From a virus: a DNA stretch of 27,552 nt. The DNA lies in IMG/VR virus record IMGVR_UViG_644736385_000001, positions 1 to 27,552 of that record, one strand, 5' to 3'. Positions 9,889 to 19,264 of this stretch are shown here, one piece after another. A program made the translations under genes and the position numbers. Within the stretch, counting starts at the first letter, position 1, and each line of letters opens with the position of its first letter. The notes under the pieces were generated by a model. It was not told where the DNA came from, ran no database searches, and worked only from the letters and a program-made list of their open reading frames with translations.

Positions 9889-10592
9889 TGGTGCTTCCAA
9901 TTAGTATTCCAGACCAAAGTAATATTTTAGGTTCTGGAAAGTTGGCAATTTTTGGAGCTAAATCTCAAATTGATACATTTACAGGAGATGGGGCGACAAA
10001 GGAATTTTCATTAACAAAGGATAACGCTGTATTGGGTTCTGAGGTTGTAAAAGTTGATGGAGTTCCAAAGGTTGAGGGGACTGATTACACTGCTGTGCAT
10101 GAGAATGGTATTCTAAAAAGTATTAAGTTTAACACAGCTCCAGCAAATGGTGCAGTTATTGAAGTTGAGTATTTGTATTTGGATTTACCACTCGGAGGAG
10201 CTTCTGAATTGAGTTTGAAAGAGGATAAAGACAAGGAGGAGGTAAGTGTTGATTGTTCTTATTCAACTATTCAAATTGAAAAAGGGGCTAAGATATCATT
10301 TAGTTTTAAGGACTTGCTTACAGTTGGAGATATCAACTTAACATCCTATTTTACTGGAGAGATTGAAGAAGGGAGCAGTTATGTTAGGTATAAAAACGGA
10401 GCTTCAAAGAGTGGGAACATTGCCGTCTTAGCTTATTCAAAAGAGGCCACATTAGCTCATGGAAAGGAAGCTCCTAAAAGAATCATCTTAATCTATGGAG
10501 CTATGCCAAATAGCTTGGATATTGATATTTCTGGAGCTACGAAGAGTTTTGACTTGACAGCTCAGGCATACAGAGTTATTGACTTAAAATAA
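9888..10592 (+). CDS. Major tail (tube) protein with an inserted beta-sandwich domain
   Basis: Tube-like pattern (LGSGKLAI...LGGASELSL...ISFSFKDL...IILIYGA...FDLTA) interrupted by an FTGDGATKEFSL...VDGV...DYT...IKFNTAPANG..IEVEY module. Confidence 0.75.
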   Translation: MVLPISIPDQSNILGSGKLAIFGAKSQIDTFTGDGATKEFSLTKDNAVLGSEVVKVDGVPKVEGTDYTAVHENGILKSIKFNTAPANGAVIEVEYLYLDLPLGGASELSLKEDKDKEEVSVDCSYSTIQIEKGAKISFSFKDLLTVGDINLTSYFTGEIEEGSSYVRYKNGASKSGNIAVLAYSKEATLAHGKEAPKRIILIYGAMPNSLDIDISGATKSFDLTAQAYRVIDLK

Positions 10593-10601
10593 GGTGATTA
10601 G

Positions 10602-10967
10602 ATGAACAATCACTTAGAATTCTTAAAACAGTTAGATGAGAAGTTTAAGGAATCAGAACAAAAGAATCTCGAAGCATTAGAAAAAATTAGGTCTAATTTA
10701 CCTCAATTAGAAATTGAGATATTTGGAGAAAAATTAACGGCAATAATTCCACCACTCTCAGTAGAAAAGGAAATGATTGAAGATGCGAATAAATTAGACC
10801 CTTTGAACTTTGCATTAAAATACATCCCAATTTTATATGGCATTCCAAAAGAGAAAGTTGAGGAATTACCTTCGATTGTTATTGCAGAACTTATCAAGAA
10901 TTACTTTGAGGCTTATAAGAAGTTAAACCAGGATAAATCCTTTCGCAATAGAGTGGGCGTTAAGTGA
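10602..10967 (+). CDS. Tail assembly chaperone (G-like)
   Basis: Lies between tail tube and tape measure genes; AAGGTGA RBS; ends in tandem TGA TGA. Confidence 0.75.
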   Translation: MNNHLEFLKQLDEKFKESEQKNLEALEKIRSNLPQLEIEIFGEKLTAIIPPLSVEKEMIEDANKLDPLNFALKYIPILYGIPKEKVEELPSIVIAELIKNYFEAYKKLNQDKSFRNRVGVK

Positions 10968-11115
10968 TGATGCAACAGAACTTTATTTAGTCTGCAAATT
11001 CCTAAGAATCCCCCCAAGTGAAGCGATAAAGCTAAATAGGATGGATTACAACATTATATTAGGATTTGCAATTAGAGAATTGAGGGATAAGCTAAAATAT
11101 GGGGGGATTCTATGA
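10945..11115 (+). CDS. Unannotated +1-frame extension of the tail chaperone (GT-like product, about 170 aa in total)
   Basis: The +1 frame is open 10927-11115 and encodes AIEWALSDDATELYLVCKFLRIPPSEAIKLNRMDYNIILGFAIRELRDKLKYGGIL. It has no start codon before 11041, and its stop overlaps the next ATG (ATGA 11112-11115). TCC-TTT-CGC lies at 10938-10946. Confidence 0.75.
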   Translation, partial: AIEWALSDDATELYLVCKFLRIPPSEAIKLNRMDYNIILGFAIRELRDKLKYGGIL

Positions 11116-11483
11116 GATGGCTCACACCATTCGGTATGTTGTTCATAAGTGGGACGTATTATGGATTAATATTTTTTGGCTTAATTATGGAAGTTATTCA
11201 TAATGCATTGGTTAGTTTAGTTTTAGCATTTTTTGTAGTATTTGTATGGGATTTAATTTTGTCCATAATATATGGTTTAAGATTTGTTAAAGAAGGGGAA
11301 TATCTATATTTAGAATGGAATGGGCAGTTTCCAGACCCTTATGGATTGTTTGCAAGCACGTGCCTTTCAGCAGTGATTTGGACATATACAGATTCATTAT
11401 TATTGGGTTTAATTGTCCCAGTTATTGTTGTATTCTTAGGAAAGCAGTTAATGCGTGGATTGTATGAAAAAGTTAAAAGTTGA
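11112..11483 (+). CDS. Multi-pass membrane protein between chaperone and tape measure genes
   Basis: Three to four hydrophobic segments; GGGGGG RBS; overlaps both neighbours. Confidence 0.75.
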   Translation: MRWLTPFGMLFISGTYYGLIFFGLIMEVIHNALVSLVLAFFVVFVWDLILSIIYGLRFVKEGEYLYLEWNGQFPDPYGLFASTCLSAVIWTYTDSLLLGLIVPVIVVFLGKQLMRGLYEKVKS

Positions 11484-14004
11484 AGGAACTTTGGAATTGA
11501 AATTGGATGATAAAGATGTAAGGAAAAATCTAAAATCATTAGAAAAAATAAAATCAAAATTAGAGATAGAAGGTAATATCAACGCAATAATTAAGCAATT
11601 GGATGAGTTAAAAAATGTCAAATCAGAAGTTGAATTTAAGAGTAATATAAACATGATTATTAGGGAGTTGGAAGAGATAGAGGCAGAAGCATCTAAAATG
11701 AACATAAACTTTGATTATGATTTATCAAAACTAAAAAGTGAATTAGAACAATTGAAAAACACAAAAATCGATATTAAAACAAATACAGACTATATATTAA
11801 AACAAATCAATAAAATAAAAAGTGAATTATCTGAAAAACAAACAATTAGGGCAAAGGTTGAAGTGGATAGAACAGAATGGGATAAACTAAAGAAGGAATG
11901 GTCTGAAAAATATCACATAGATGCCATTGCAGATGTGGCAAGTGTAGGAACTGCATACATGGGGATTTCCGACGCTGAAAAATACAACGAACTAATAACA
12001 ATTTTAAGAGAAAGGGGTTTGACTAAAGACCAAGCAGAGAGGTTAATACAACTTGGCTTATATAACGGCTATTCTTTGGATGAAATTAAAGATGGATTAG
12101 GATATGCAAATGAGGCAGTTTTGAAGTTAGCAGCATCAAATGATAAATATGCGGCTCAAATATTGGCAGCAATGGCAATGGCTGAAAGGGGAGGTAGTGA
12201 GTCAGGAGCAGATGACATTAGAAGGATGATAACCGCACTCGCTGCTTTAGGGAAGTCAAATGAAGAAATAATGAAAATGGTGAATGCTGAAGTTTTAGAA
12301 ATGAAGCAAGGGCATACAGAAGTCGCAGAAGCAATTAGAGAATTCAGCATAACAATGGGAGATACCTTAGACCCAGAAACGTTTGCATCAATATTGATTC
12401 AGGCACAAGCAGCAGGGGCTCAAGATGTAGGGCAGTTAGCAGATGCCATAAATGCATTAGCGTTAAATGCAAGACAGATGGGATTTGATGTAAAAACTGC
12501 ACTAAAAGAGATTCAAAAAACAAAAGATGATAAAACATTGGCAGAGTTGGCAAAAAAATATGGCTTAACTTATGAACAAATAGTTAAAATTCATGATTAT
12601 TTACAGAGGGTAGATTTAGATAAGGGCTTGCCAGACAATACCAACGAACTTGATAGGTTAATAAGCATAAATAAAGACCAAAGGGGAATTTTAGAAACGA
12701 TTAAGCAGGATATTGAAGGGTGGTTAGCAGGTCATGGGTTTTTACAATATGGAGCAGAGCTTGGAGTAACTCTTGGAGGTCTTGGAAAAATACTTGAAAT
12801 AGCAATTGGTGCAGCAATTGGTTCTGCGTTAAAAGATGCTTTTGGTAAAATTAAATCCATATTTGGTAAAATTAGTTTGGATAATTTAAAACTTCCAGAA
12901 CTCTCAAAAATCAAATTACCTGTTGATTTAGAAATCCCAAAAATTCCAAAACTCCACATGCCTAAGATTAAACTGCCAGTAGATTTAAAACTACCTAAAA
13001 TTCCAGAAATCAACATACCAAAAATTAACCTGCCAAACATCTCTGGATTATCTAATGCATTTAGGGGTTTAGGTGAAGCTGTTAGGTTTGCTGGAAGAGC
13101 TTTTGGAGTTTTATCAGTAGTTATTGAGCCATTAAAACAACTATTAAAAGGAGATATACAAGGAGCTATAGAGCATTTAAAAATAGGGCTTATTGAATTA
13201 GCCGCATGGCCAGTTGCTTTGGGAGAGATGTTAGCAGCTGTTACATTAGCTGTTGGTGATTTCTTAGGATTGTTTGACTTAGATGGAGACAGTCCATTAG
13301 CAGCTGCAAGAGCTGGGATTCTAACACTCTTAGCAGCATTTGAAAGCATTTATTCATTTATCACTGGTGATTGGAGTGTTGTAACTAACACACTGCAAGA
13401 AGCGTTTGAAACACTTGGAATGAAAGAGGATGAAGCCAGACAAGCAGCTGAAAACTTAGCCCAGCAATGGCAACAATTACCTCAGCAAATATTAGACGCA
13501 TTTAATGGCTTTGTTGATAATATTAAACAAACATTTAATAGGTGGTGGTATGAATTGAATATATGGTGGTCTCAAAAAATAGAAGAAGCTAAGAACTGGG
13601 GTAGTGATTTGATTCAAAATATAATTGATGGAATAAAAAGGAAGTTTTCAGAGTTGAGGAATGCTGTAAGTCAAGCTGCGAGTATTATATCGAACTACCT
13701 ACACCATACCACACCTGAAACAGGCCCATTAAAAGACGATGATAAATGGGGAATCCACTTTATGGAAAACATTATTGGTGGAATTAGAAAAGAAATTCCT
13801 AACTTAAAGAAAACTATTGATTATACTGCTCAACTGATGAGCTCCGCAAATCCTAAAAATTGGAAAATTCAACAAGTAGGAATGACACACAGCACATCTT
13901 ACTCTTATGGAGATATACACATAAATGTAGTTGGAAATAGCTTTAATGAGCATCAATTAGCTCAAAAAATTGCTTTAATTCTAAAAAGACAACAATTCAG
14001 ATAA
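11455..14004 (+). CDS. Tail tape measure protein
   Basis: About 850 aa, Ala/Gly-rich helical core, Trp-spaced C-terminal repeats (WWYELNIWWSQKIEEAKNWGSDLIQNIIDGI) and the typical ending GDIHINVVG...LAQKI. Likely start ATG 11464. Confidence 0.9.
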   Translation: MDCMKKLKVEGTLELKLDDKDVRKNLKSLEKIKSKLEIEGNINAIIKQLDELKNVKSEVEFKSNINMIIRELEEIEAEASKMNINFDYDLSKLKSELEQLKNTKIDIKTNTDYILKQINKIKSELSEKQTIRAKVEVDRTEWDKLKKEWSEKYHIDAIADVASVGTAYMGISDAEKYNELITILRERGLTKDQAERLIQLGLYNGYSLDEIKDGLGYANEAVLKLAASNDKYAAQILAAMAMAERGGSESGADDIRRMITALAALGKSNEEIMKMVNAEVLEMKQGHTEVAEAIREFSITMGDTLDPETFASILIQAQAAGAQDVGQLADAINALALNARQMGFDVKTALKEIQKTKDDKTLAELAKKYGLTYEQIVKIHDYLQRVDLDKGLPDNTNELDRLISINKDQRGILETIKQDIEGWLAGHGFLQYGAELGVTLGGLGKILEIAIGAAIGSALKDAFGKIKSIFGKISLDNLKLPELSKIKLPVDLEIPKIPKLHMPKIKLPVDLKLPKIPEINIPKINLPNISGLSNAFRGLGEAVRFAGRAFGVLSVVIEPLKQLLKGDIQGAIEHLKIGLIELAAWPVALGEMLAAVTLAVGDFLGLFDLDGDSPLAAARAGILTLLAAFESIYSFITGDWSVVTNTLQEAFETLGMKEDEARQAAENLAQQWQQLPQQILDAFNGFVDNIKQTFNRWWYELNIWWSQKIEEAKNWGSDLIQNIIDGIKRKFSELRNAVSQAASIISNYLHHTTPETGPLKDDDKWGIHFMENIIGGIRKEIPNLKKTIDYTAQLMSSANPKNWKIQQVGMTHSTSYSYGDIHINVVGNSFNEHQLAQKIALILKRQQFR

Positions 14005-14006
14005 AG

Positions 14007-14573
14007 GTGATATTTATGCCAGCAGGACCTGAACAGTCACAATCACTTGTAGCAAAAATAAATCAATTGGTATTACTTGGAAAAGGGACGTTTGTTTATT
14101 GTGAATTTGATTCACAGGCAACTGAATCAGATAAAGCACTTACAATTGTCGATAACACAATAAGATTTAACTTACCTCCGAATTATTACCCAGTTATAGT
14201 TGATATTGTAGCCGTAGATGAAAATGGTAATGAAATTTATGGAATTCCAATTAGTAAAATAACATACGATTACGATGAATTACCACAAGGTAACCGTCAA
14301 GTGATTGCAGAACCCTCAGAAAACAATACAATTGACGAATCCAAACATTGGATTGCTTATGTGGTCTGTATTGGAATCGACGACACCAAACCAATTGTTG
14401 ACGTAAAAAGTCAAAGTGGTAGCGTTGAACCAAAGGGGAGAATATACCTCATTAATTATAGTGATACTAACGGAACAGATGAAATAACGATACAATACTT
14501 TAATGGAACATCGGAAACAATAACTGTCGATAAAGCCAACTTATGGACAGTGAATCCATACACATTGGGGTAA
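14007..14573 (+). CDS. Putative tail-tip protein, beta-rich
   Basis: Directly follows the tape measure gene; AGGTGA RBS suggests ATG 14016; no recognised family. Confidence 0.55.
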   Translation: MIFMPAGPEQSQSLVAKINQLVLLGKGTFVYCEFDSQATESDKALTIVDNTIRFNLPPNYYPVIVDIVAVDENGNEIYGIPISKITYDYDELPQGNRQVIAEPSENNTIDESKHWIAYVVCIGIDDTKPIVDVKSQSGSVEPKGRIYLINYSDTNGTDEITIQYFNGTSETITVDKANLWTVNPYTLG

Positions 14574-14591
14574 TGTAAAAGTGGTGATATT

Positions 14592-15641
14592 ATGTCCCCA
14601 ATCCTCTCTAACACCAATTCTTTTTTGTCAAACAGTGATTACAGTGACGGTAACACTAACAGTGGGCAAACCAATAGTTCCACACAACCTATTTTGTCAA
14701 ACACATCAAATGTGTTATATAATACAGTGCAAACAAGCCAGACACCAACAACAAACACAAGCACTGCGACTCCAATATTATCAAATGCGGCTGATACACT
14801 TTACAATACAATAGCAACAAAACAATCAAATTCAGCTACAAATGTAACAACACCAATATTGTCAAATATGGCTAATATGCTTTACAACACTATATTATCA
14901 GCAAAACAATCAAATTCAGATTCAAACATCACAACACCAACATTGATGAACGCGTCAAATGCACTTACTAATACAACAATAACAACAACTCAACAGACAA
15001 CTACGCCAACGCCAAGTGTAACAGTTATAGAACACAAAGTTTGGAGGGAAGGAAACACTGTTTATTCAAAAATCGTTTATTCTGATGGAACAGAAGATTT
15101 AAAAACATTAGATTTAACCGATTATTACAATGAAGCTTATAACGAAGGTGTAAATAGTGTTGATTTTAGTAAAACAAATCATACAATTGAAAATGGAATT
15201 ATCAAAGTAACAACTACACTAACTAATGGAAAATCACAAGAATATGCTATCACTCTTGATGAAAACTTAATTGTTAGTTTGTATAATCAAATTATGGCAA
15301 ATAGAAGTAGTTGTTTCCAAATTAGACAAAATGAAACAGAATATAGCTTTTTAGTTGAAAGCAGACAGTATCAGCCACAACCAAACTTAGCATATCAGCC
15401 CGCAGTTGATGGAACACCGGTCTATGAAATTTTAGGAAAAGAGCAAAAAACGTGGAATTTCACACTTTATGTTGATACTATCCCAAAAATGCAGTTTCTT
15501 CAACAGTTAGCAAGTAATCCAGTATGTGAAGTATATTTCGATGAAATTGATGATTGGAAACAGGCGTTAATCACTTCCATAAGCTTGACAAGAATAACTA
15601 CTGGACATTACTATGCCGATATTGAACTGGTGATTTTATGA
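14592..15641 (+). CDS. Tail protein: N-terminal Thr/Asn/Ser-rich repeats plus C-terminal distal-tail (Dit)-like domain
   Basis: Repeats of PILSN..N.LYNT at about 26-30 aa spacing. The last ~110 aa (YQPAVDGTPVYEILGKEQKTWNFTL...ITSISL) have a Dit-like pattern. Confidence 0.6.
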   Translation: MSPILSNTNSFLSNSDYSDGNTNSGQTNSSTQPILSNTSNVLYNTVQTSQTPTTNTSTATPILSNAADTLYNTIATKQSNSATNVTTPILSNMANMLYNTILSAKQSNSDSNITTPTLMNASNALTNTTITTTQQTTTPTPSVTVIEHKVWREGNTVYSKIVYSDGTEDLKTLDLTDYYNEAYNEGVNSVDFSKTNHTIENGIIKVTTTLTNGKSQEYAITLDENLIVSLYNQIMANRSSCFQIRQNETEYSFLVESRQYQPQPNLAYQPAVDGTPVYEILGKEQKTWNFTLYVDTIPKMQFLQQLASNPVCEVYFDEIDDWKQALITSISLTRITTGHYYADIELVIL

Positions 15642-16192
15642 AGACAATAATAGTTGATAAATCAGTTTCCTTAAATATAGAGTATTCAATTAATGCCATT
15701 GACCAGTGTAATATAACTTCATTAAAGGATTTACAAATCCAACCTTTCGATAGTGTAGAGGTTATCTGGAATGATAAGACAATTTTTAGAGGATATTGTA
15801 TAGATGCAAGATTATCTCAAGCATTTGGACAACAACAGTATGAATACACAATAAACTCTCCATTGTGGATATTATCTCAGCAAAAAACAGATGCGAAGAC
15901 AACCTTTTTACAACTGTTTTTACAAGAATGTTGTGATTTATGTGATTTGGAGTTAGATTATCAATTTTCAACAAATCCACTTATTTACATTGAAGAAGGT
16001 AAGTATTTTGATGCATTGAAGAAATGTATTTTATACACAAAAAACTACAATACGAGGTTTTATGTCGATTATGACCAAAACAAACTAATTTTCACTGACA
16101 AAATAGATGATGATAAGTTCTACCCATTGGCAAAATGTGTAGGTTACGAATTTGAATGGGACACAGAAATTATAAACCAAGTTATATGGTGA
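15638..16192 (+). CDS. Baseplate hub (Tal/gp27-like) N-terminal part (inferred)
   Basis: Pattern IFRGYC...YTINSPLWIL...FYVDYDQNKLIF...DTEIINQV; ATGA overlap with the upstream gene. Confidence 0.55.
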   Translation: MKTIIVDKSVSLNIEYSINAIDQCNITSLKDLQIQPFDSVEVIWNDKTIFRGYCIDARLSQAFGQQQYEYTINSPLWILSQQKTDAKTTFLQLFLQECCDLCDLELDYQFSTNPLIYIEEGKYFDALKKCILYTKNYNTRFYVDYDQNKLIFTDKIDDDKFYPLAKCVGYEFEWDTEIINQVIW

Positions 16193-18555
16193 AGAGTATG
16201 GTTCAACTAAATGCTACTGGTTATGTTTCAAATTATAATTGGGAAAAAAGAATATTTGATGCTGTTTGTTACACATCTAATGAAGTTCAAATTGGTCAAA
16301 TTACACCGCCACCAAAAGGTTGGTTGATTGTCGATAGTGCAATTTGTCAATCACCAGATAGCGGACCTCTTCGCTATTATTCTGAAGTTCCTGTAACCTC
16401 AACGTACATTCTAGAAGATTATAGGGGTAATAGATCGATAGCAGCAATAATACGAGGGGATATTAACGCTCCTGACAAAAAAGAATATATTACCGTCAGA
16501 ACTGTTGGATTCGATATATCTGCACAATTCAATATTGTTGAAACTGTAAAGTCTTCGGGAGTATTAAGGGTTGAATTACCACCTGTACACATAACTGATG
16601 AGATTGAAATCGTCTATCACTTCCATACTGAATCATTCGAAATAAACATACATAGGGATAATTCGAACAAAAACTGTTGGATTGAATTTCTTGACTATTT
16701 CAACCCAGATAACTATAAAAGTTCTTTTATAACAAATTTGCCTAAAAAACCTGATGATGAAGATATGGCAGTTTTAATTGATGGTGTAACATTAAGCGGT
16801 GAGGTTATTTTTGAAGTTACGGCTGGGAATGAAAAACGGTATGTAAGAGTACATTTTGATGACTTTGAACTTGAAATAGACCCAATATATATTGCAGAAG
16901 TTTATACCATCTCCAATTACGGTCTACTGGTAGATATATTTGGAATAGTTTACTATGTAGGAGGGTTGACAAGTTTTATACTACCGCTTGTTCCACATTT
17001 CTATATTAGAGTGGACGATGTTGCCATACCGATTGAAATTGAATACCAAGCCAATTTCAAATGCAATGGTGGTTCTAAACAGTATTCCAAACGGCAAATA
17101 ATAACGGATGGAGGGTTGTTTGTTCCAATATTGCCAGCAAGTGAAGGAATAACAGATACTACCGTCAATGCCTGGGGAAGGTGGGTATTAAACTGGACAA
17201 AAAATGGAGACACATTTACATTCACATTCAAAAACTTCACATATTCAGTTTATGACTATGATTGGCTACAGTGTGATGATGTCAAGGCAGAAATAGAACA
17301 TAAAATCGTCTTACATTACGTTGATGGTTCTACTAAAGAGTTTGACCTTGAACCTGTTGTTGCTACAAGTGATGTATGTTCTCAACTGCCAAAGAAAGAC
17401 GTTTTTGCTGAATCATTTGATTCGATAACACCTGCCTGTGTTTGTTATAGAAACAGCGAAGCATCAAAAACAGTTACTTACACAATTAGTTATTTTACGA
17501 GAGATTATAATCCAAAGCTTTACAATATCAAATATTCACTCCTTAGAGTTTATTATGATGATGTTATTTTGTATGACGGTGTTGCGAAAGAAGAGATTAC
17601 GATAACGTTCAATTTACCAGAAAATACTGTGAAGCACGTGGTATTCGAGCTATATGGTGATGGATATGTTGCAGATAGAAAGACTGTCATTGTTGAAAGG
17701 CGACAATACTGCCACGCTATAAACATAAATGCCAAGACCTATGATTTAGAAGGTAATGAAACAAACAAATTCCCTCATCCAACAAGTGCAGATTATGATG
17801 AAAATAAACACTCTGAAATAATTGTCAAAATCAAAATAAAAGATGAACAGGGGAACTACATTGATGTTCCAGTTGATAAAATCAAAACCAATTGGCAATA
17901 CAACGTAGAGAAAGTAGATACTGGCGTCTATCAAATGAAAATACTAAACACTGCCGATAATGCACTGAATATCCAAGATTATGGAATATCGGTTTATATT
18001 GATAAACAATGGTGCAATGAAAACGGTTACTACAACAAATATAACATTGAAGCTGAAAACATAATAATAAATAGCGACAAAATAGAAAAGATTGGATTAT
18101 GGAATTTTAACGGCATCGACCATTATGAAAACGGTGTAACCTATCTAAAACAGAAATATGAAAAAGTTTCTGGAATATTTGTAAATCCAATTGTTGAATT
18201 CTCCATAGTAGAACAACTAAACAAAGAAAGAGATAGGTGGCAATATTCATACTGTTATAGGATTTATGACAGTCCAATGGAATTGAATCTACCAACTTAC
18301 ACAGATGAGGAAAAGAAAGAACTTGCTAAGGCAATAGTAAGAGAAATGGGAAAACCAAGAAAAATAGAAACCTTCACAATATTATCAAAAGAGATTCCCA
18401 AAATCAATTCATCAATTACTGTAAATTATAATGGGCAACTAATTTCAATGCCTGTATATTCTGTAAGATTCAGTTTAGAAAACTCGAACATTCAAATTCA
18501 AATAAGAAACGACCAATTAAAATTGTTGAAAGATTATCTATCACTAATTAAATAA
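16156..18555 (+). CDS. Large tail-tip/adhesin protein
   Basis: About 790 aa, beta-rich in Tyr/Ile/Val, last gene of the virion operon. GGTGA RBS suggests ATG 16198. The C-terminus resembles hub C-terminal domains. Confidence 0.6.
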   Translation: MGHRNYKPSYMVKSMVQLNATGYVSNYNWEKRIFDAVCYTSNEVQIGQITPPPKGWLIVDSAICQSPDSGPLRYYSEVPVTSTYILEDYRGNRSIAAIIRGDINAPDKKEYITVRTVGFDISAQFNIVETVKSSGVLRVELPPVHITDEIEIVYHFHTESFEINIHRDNSNKNCWIEFLDYFNPDNYKSSFITNLPKKPDDEDMAVLIDGVTLSGEVIFEVTAGNEKRYVRVHFDDFELEIDPIYIAEVYTISNYGLLVDIFGIVYYVGGLTSFILPLVPHFYIRVDDVAIPIEIEYQANFKCNGGSKQYSKRQIITDGGLFVPILPASEGITDTTVNAWGRWVLNWTKNGDTFTFTFKNFTYSVYDYDWLQCDDVKAEIEHKIVLHYVDGSTKEFDLEPVVATSDVCSQLPKKDVFAESFDSITPACVCYRNSEASKTVTYTISYFTRDYNPKLYNIKYSLLRVYYDDVILYDGVAKEEITITFNLPENTVKHVVFELYGDGYVADRKTVIVERRQYCHAININAKTYDLEGNETNKFPHPTSADYDENKHSEIIVKIKIKDEQGNYIDVPVDKIKTNWQYNVEKVDTGVYQMKILNTADNALNIQDYGISVYIDKQWCNENGYYNKYNIEAENIIINSDKIEKIGLWNFNGIDHYENGVTYLKQKYEKVSGIFVNPIVEFSIVEQLNKERDRWQYSYCYRIYDSPMELNLPTYTDEEKKELAKAIVREMGKPRKIETFTILSKEIPKINSSITVNYNGQLISMPVYSVRFSLENSNIQIQIRNDQLKLLKDYLSLIK

Positions 18556-18597
18556 ATCCAAATTAATAAATGTAAATTGGAAATAAAAAATAAAAAA

Positions 18598-18915
18598 TCA
18601 TTTAAATCCAAATAACAACTTTATCAACTCGATGGCGTTAGGATTAGTTATAATTATAGCAAATAGGATAATCAAAGTGTGAATAATAAGCTTATATTCC
18701 AACTCTTTTTTAACCATGTCAATCTTTCCCTCTAAATATTTAACATCCTCCTTCGTAGCTAACTCTCCTCTTAACTCATCCTTTAACTCATTCTTAACTT
18801 CTATCTTTCCTTCTTTCATTAATTCAATTATTACATCATAAAACTCCCGTGCCTCCTTCTCATCCTTAACCTTTTTAAGAATCAACTCATATAATTTAGC
18901 ATAGGCAATAGCCAT
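18598..18915 (-). CDS. Coiled-coil protein with LATKED motif and C-terminal membrane anchor (DUF1640-like)
   Basis: ELATKEDVKYLEGKI followed by hydrophobic LIIHTLIILFAIII; GGTGGTG RBS. Confidence 0.7.
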   Translation of the reverse strand: MAIAYAKLYELILKKVKDEKEAREFYDVIIELMKEGKIEVKNELKDELRGELATKEDVKYLEGKIDMVKKELEYKLIIHTLIILFAIIITNPNAIELIKLLFGFK

Positions 18916-18982
18916 AACACCACCACGTAATCATTAATTCCTATTATTGACTCAAAGTATATTAAAGTTATTGATTTGGAAA

Positions 18983-19237
18983 TTATTTTAAACGCTCTTT
19001 TAACTCTTTGATTGTCTCTTCATTAAATTTTAGTATTTTTAAACAGTTCTCAATCTCAATCTTTAATAACTCTTCTGTTAATTTACAGCCCTTACCCCTA
19101 ATTAAGTTTAAAGTCCTCTTATAATCTGCTATTTTATTCCTCAACTGTTTATTCTCTCTTTTCAAATGATTTATTTTAATAATCAACTCTATTCTCTCAG
19201 TTCTACATTTATGCTTTATTGACATAAACACCACCAA
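18983..19237 (-). CDS. Small basic coiled-coil protein
   Basis: GGTGGTG RBS (start probably ATG 19225); heptad pattern. Confidence 0.6.
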   Translation of the reverse strand: MVVFMSIKHKCRTERIELIIKINHLKRENKQLRNKIADYKRTLNLIRGKGCKLTEELLKIEIENCLKILKFNEETIKELKERLK

Positions 19238-19264
19238 AAAAGTTTTAAGTTTTAAAAAAAAGAA

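Noticed and set aside
10934-10970. -1 frameshift or UGA (Sec) read-through of the tail chaperone
   Set aside because: The -1 frame has stops at 10934 and 10949, there is no X-XXY-YYZ heptamer, and the 0 frame ends in two consecutive TGA codons.
14007-18555. Diversity-generating retroelement acting on the tail adhesin
   Set aside because: No reverse transcriptase in the window, and I saw no template/variable repeat pair differing at adenines. Sequence beyond the window is unknown.
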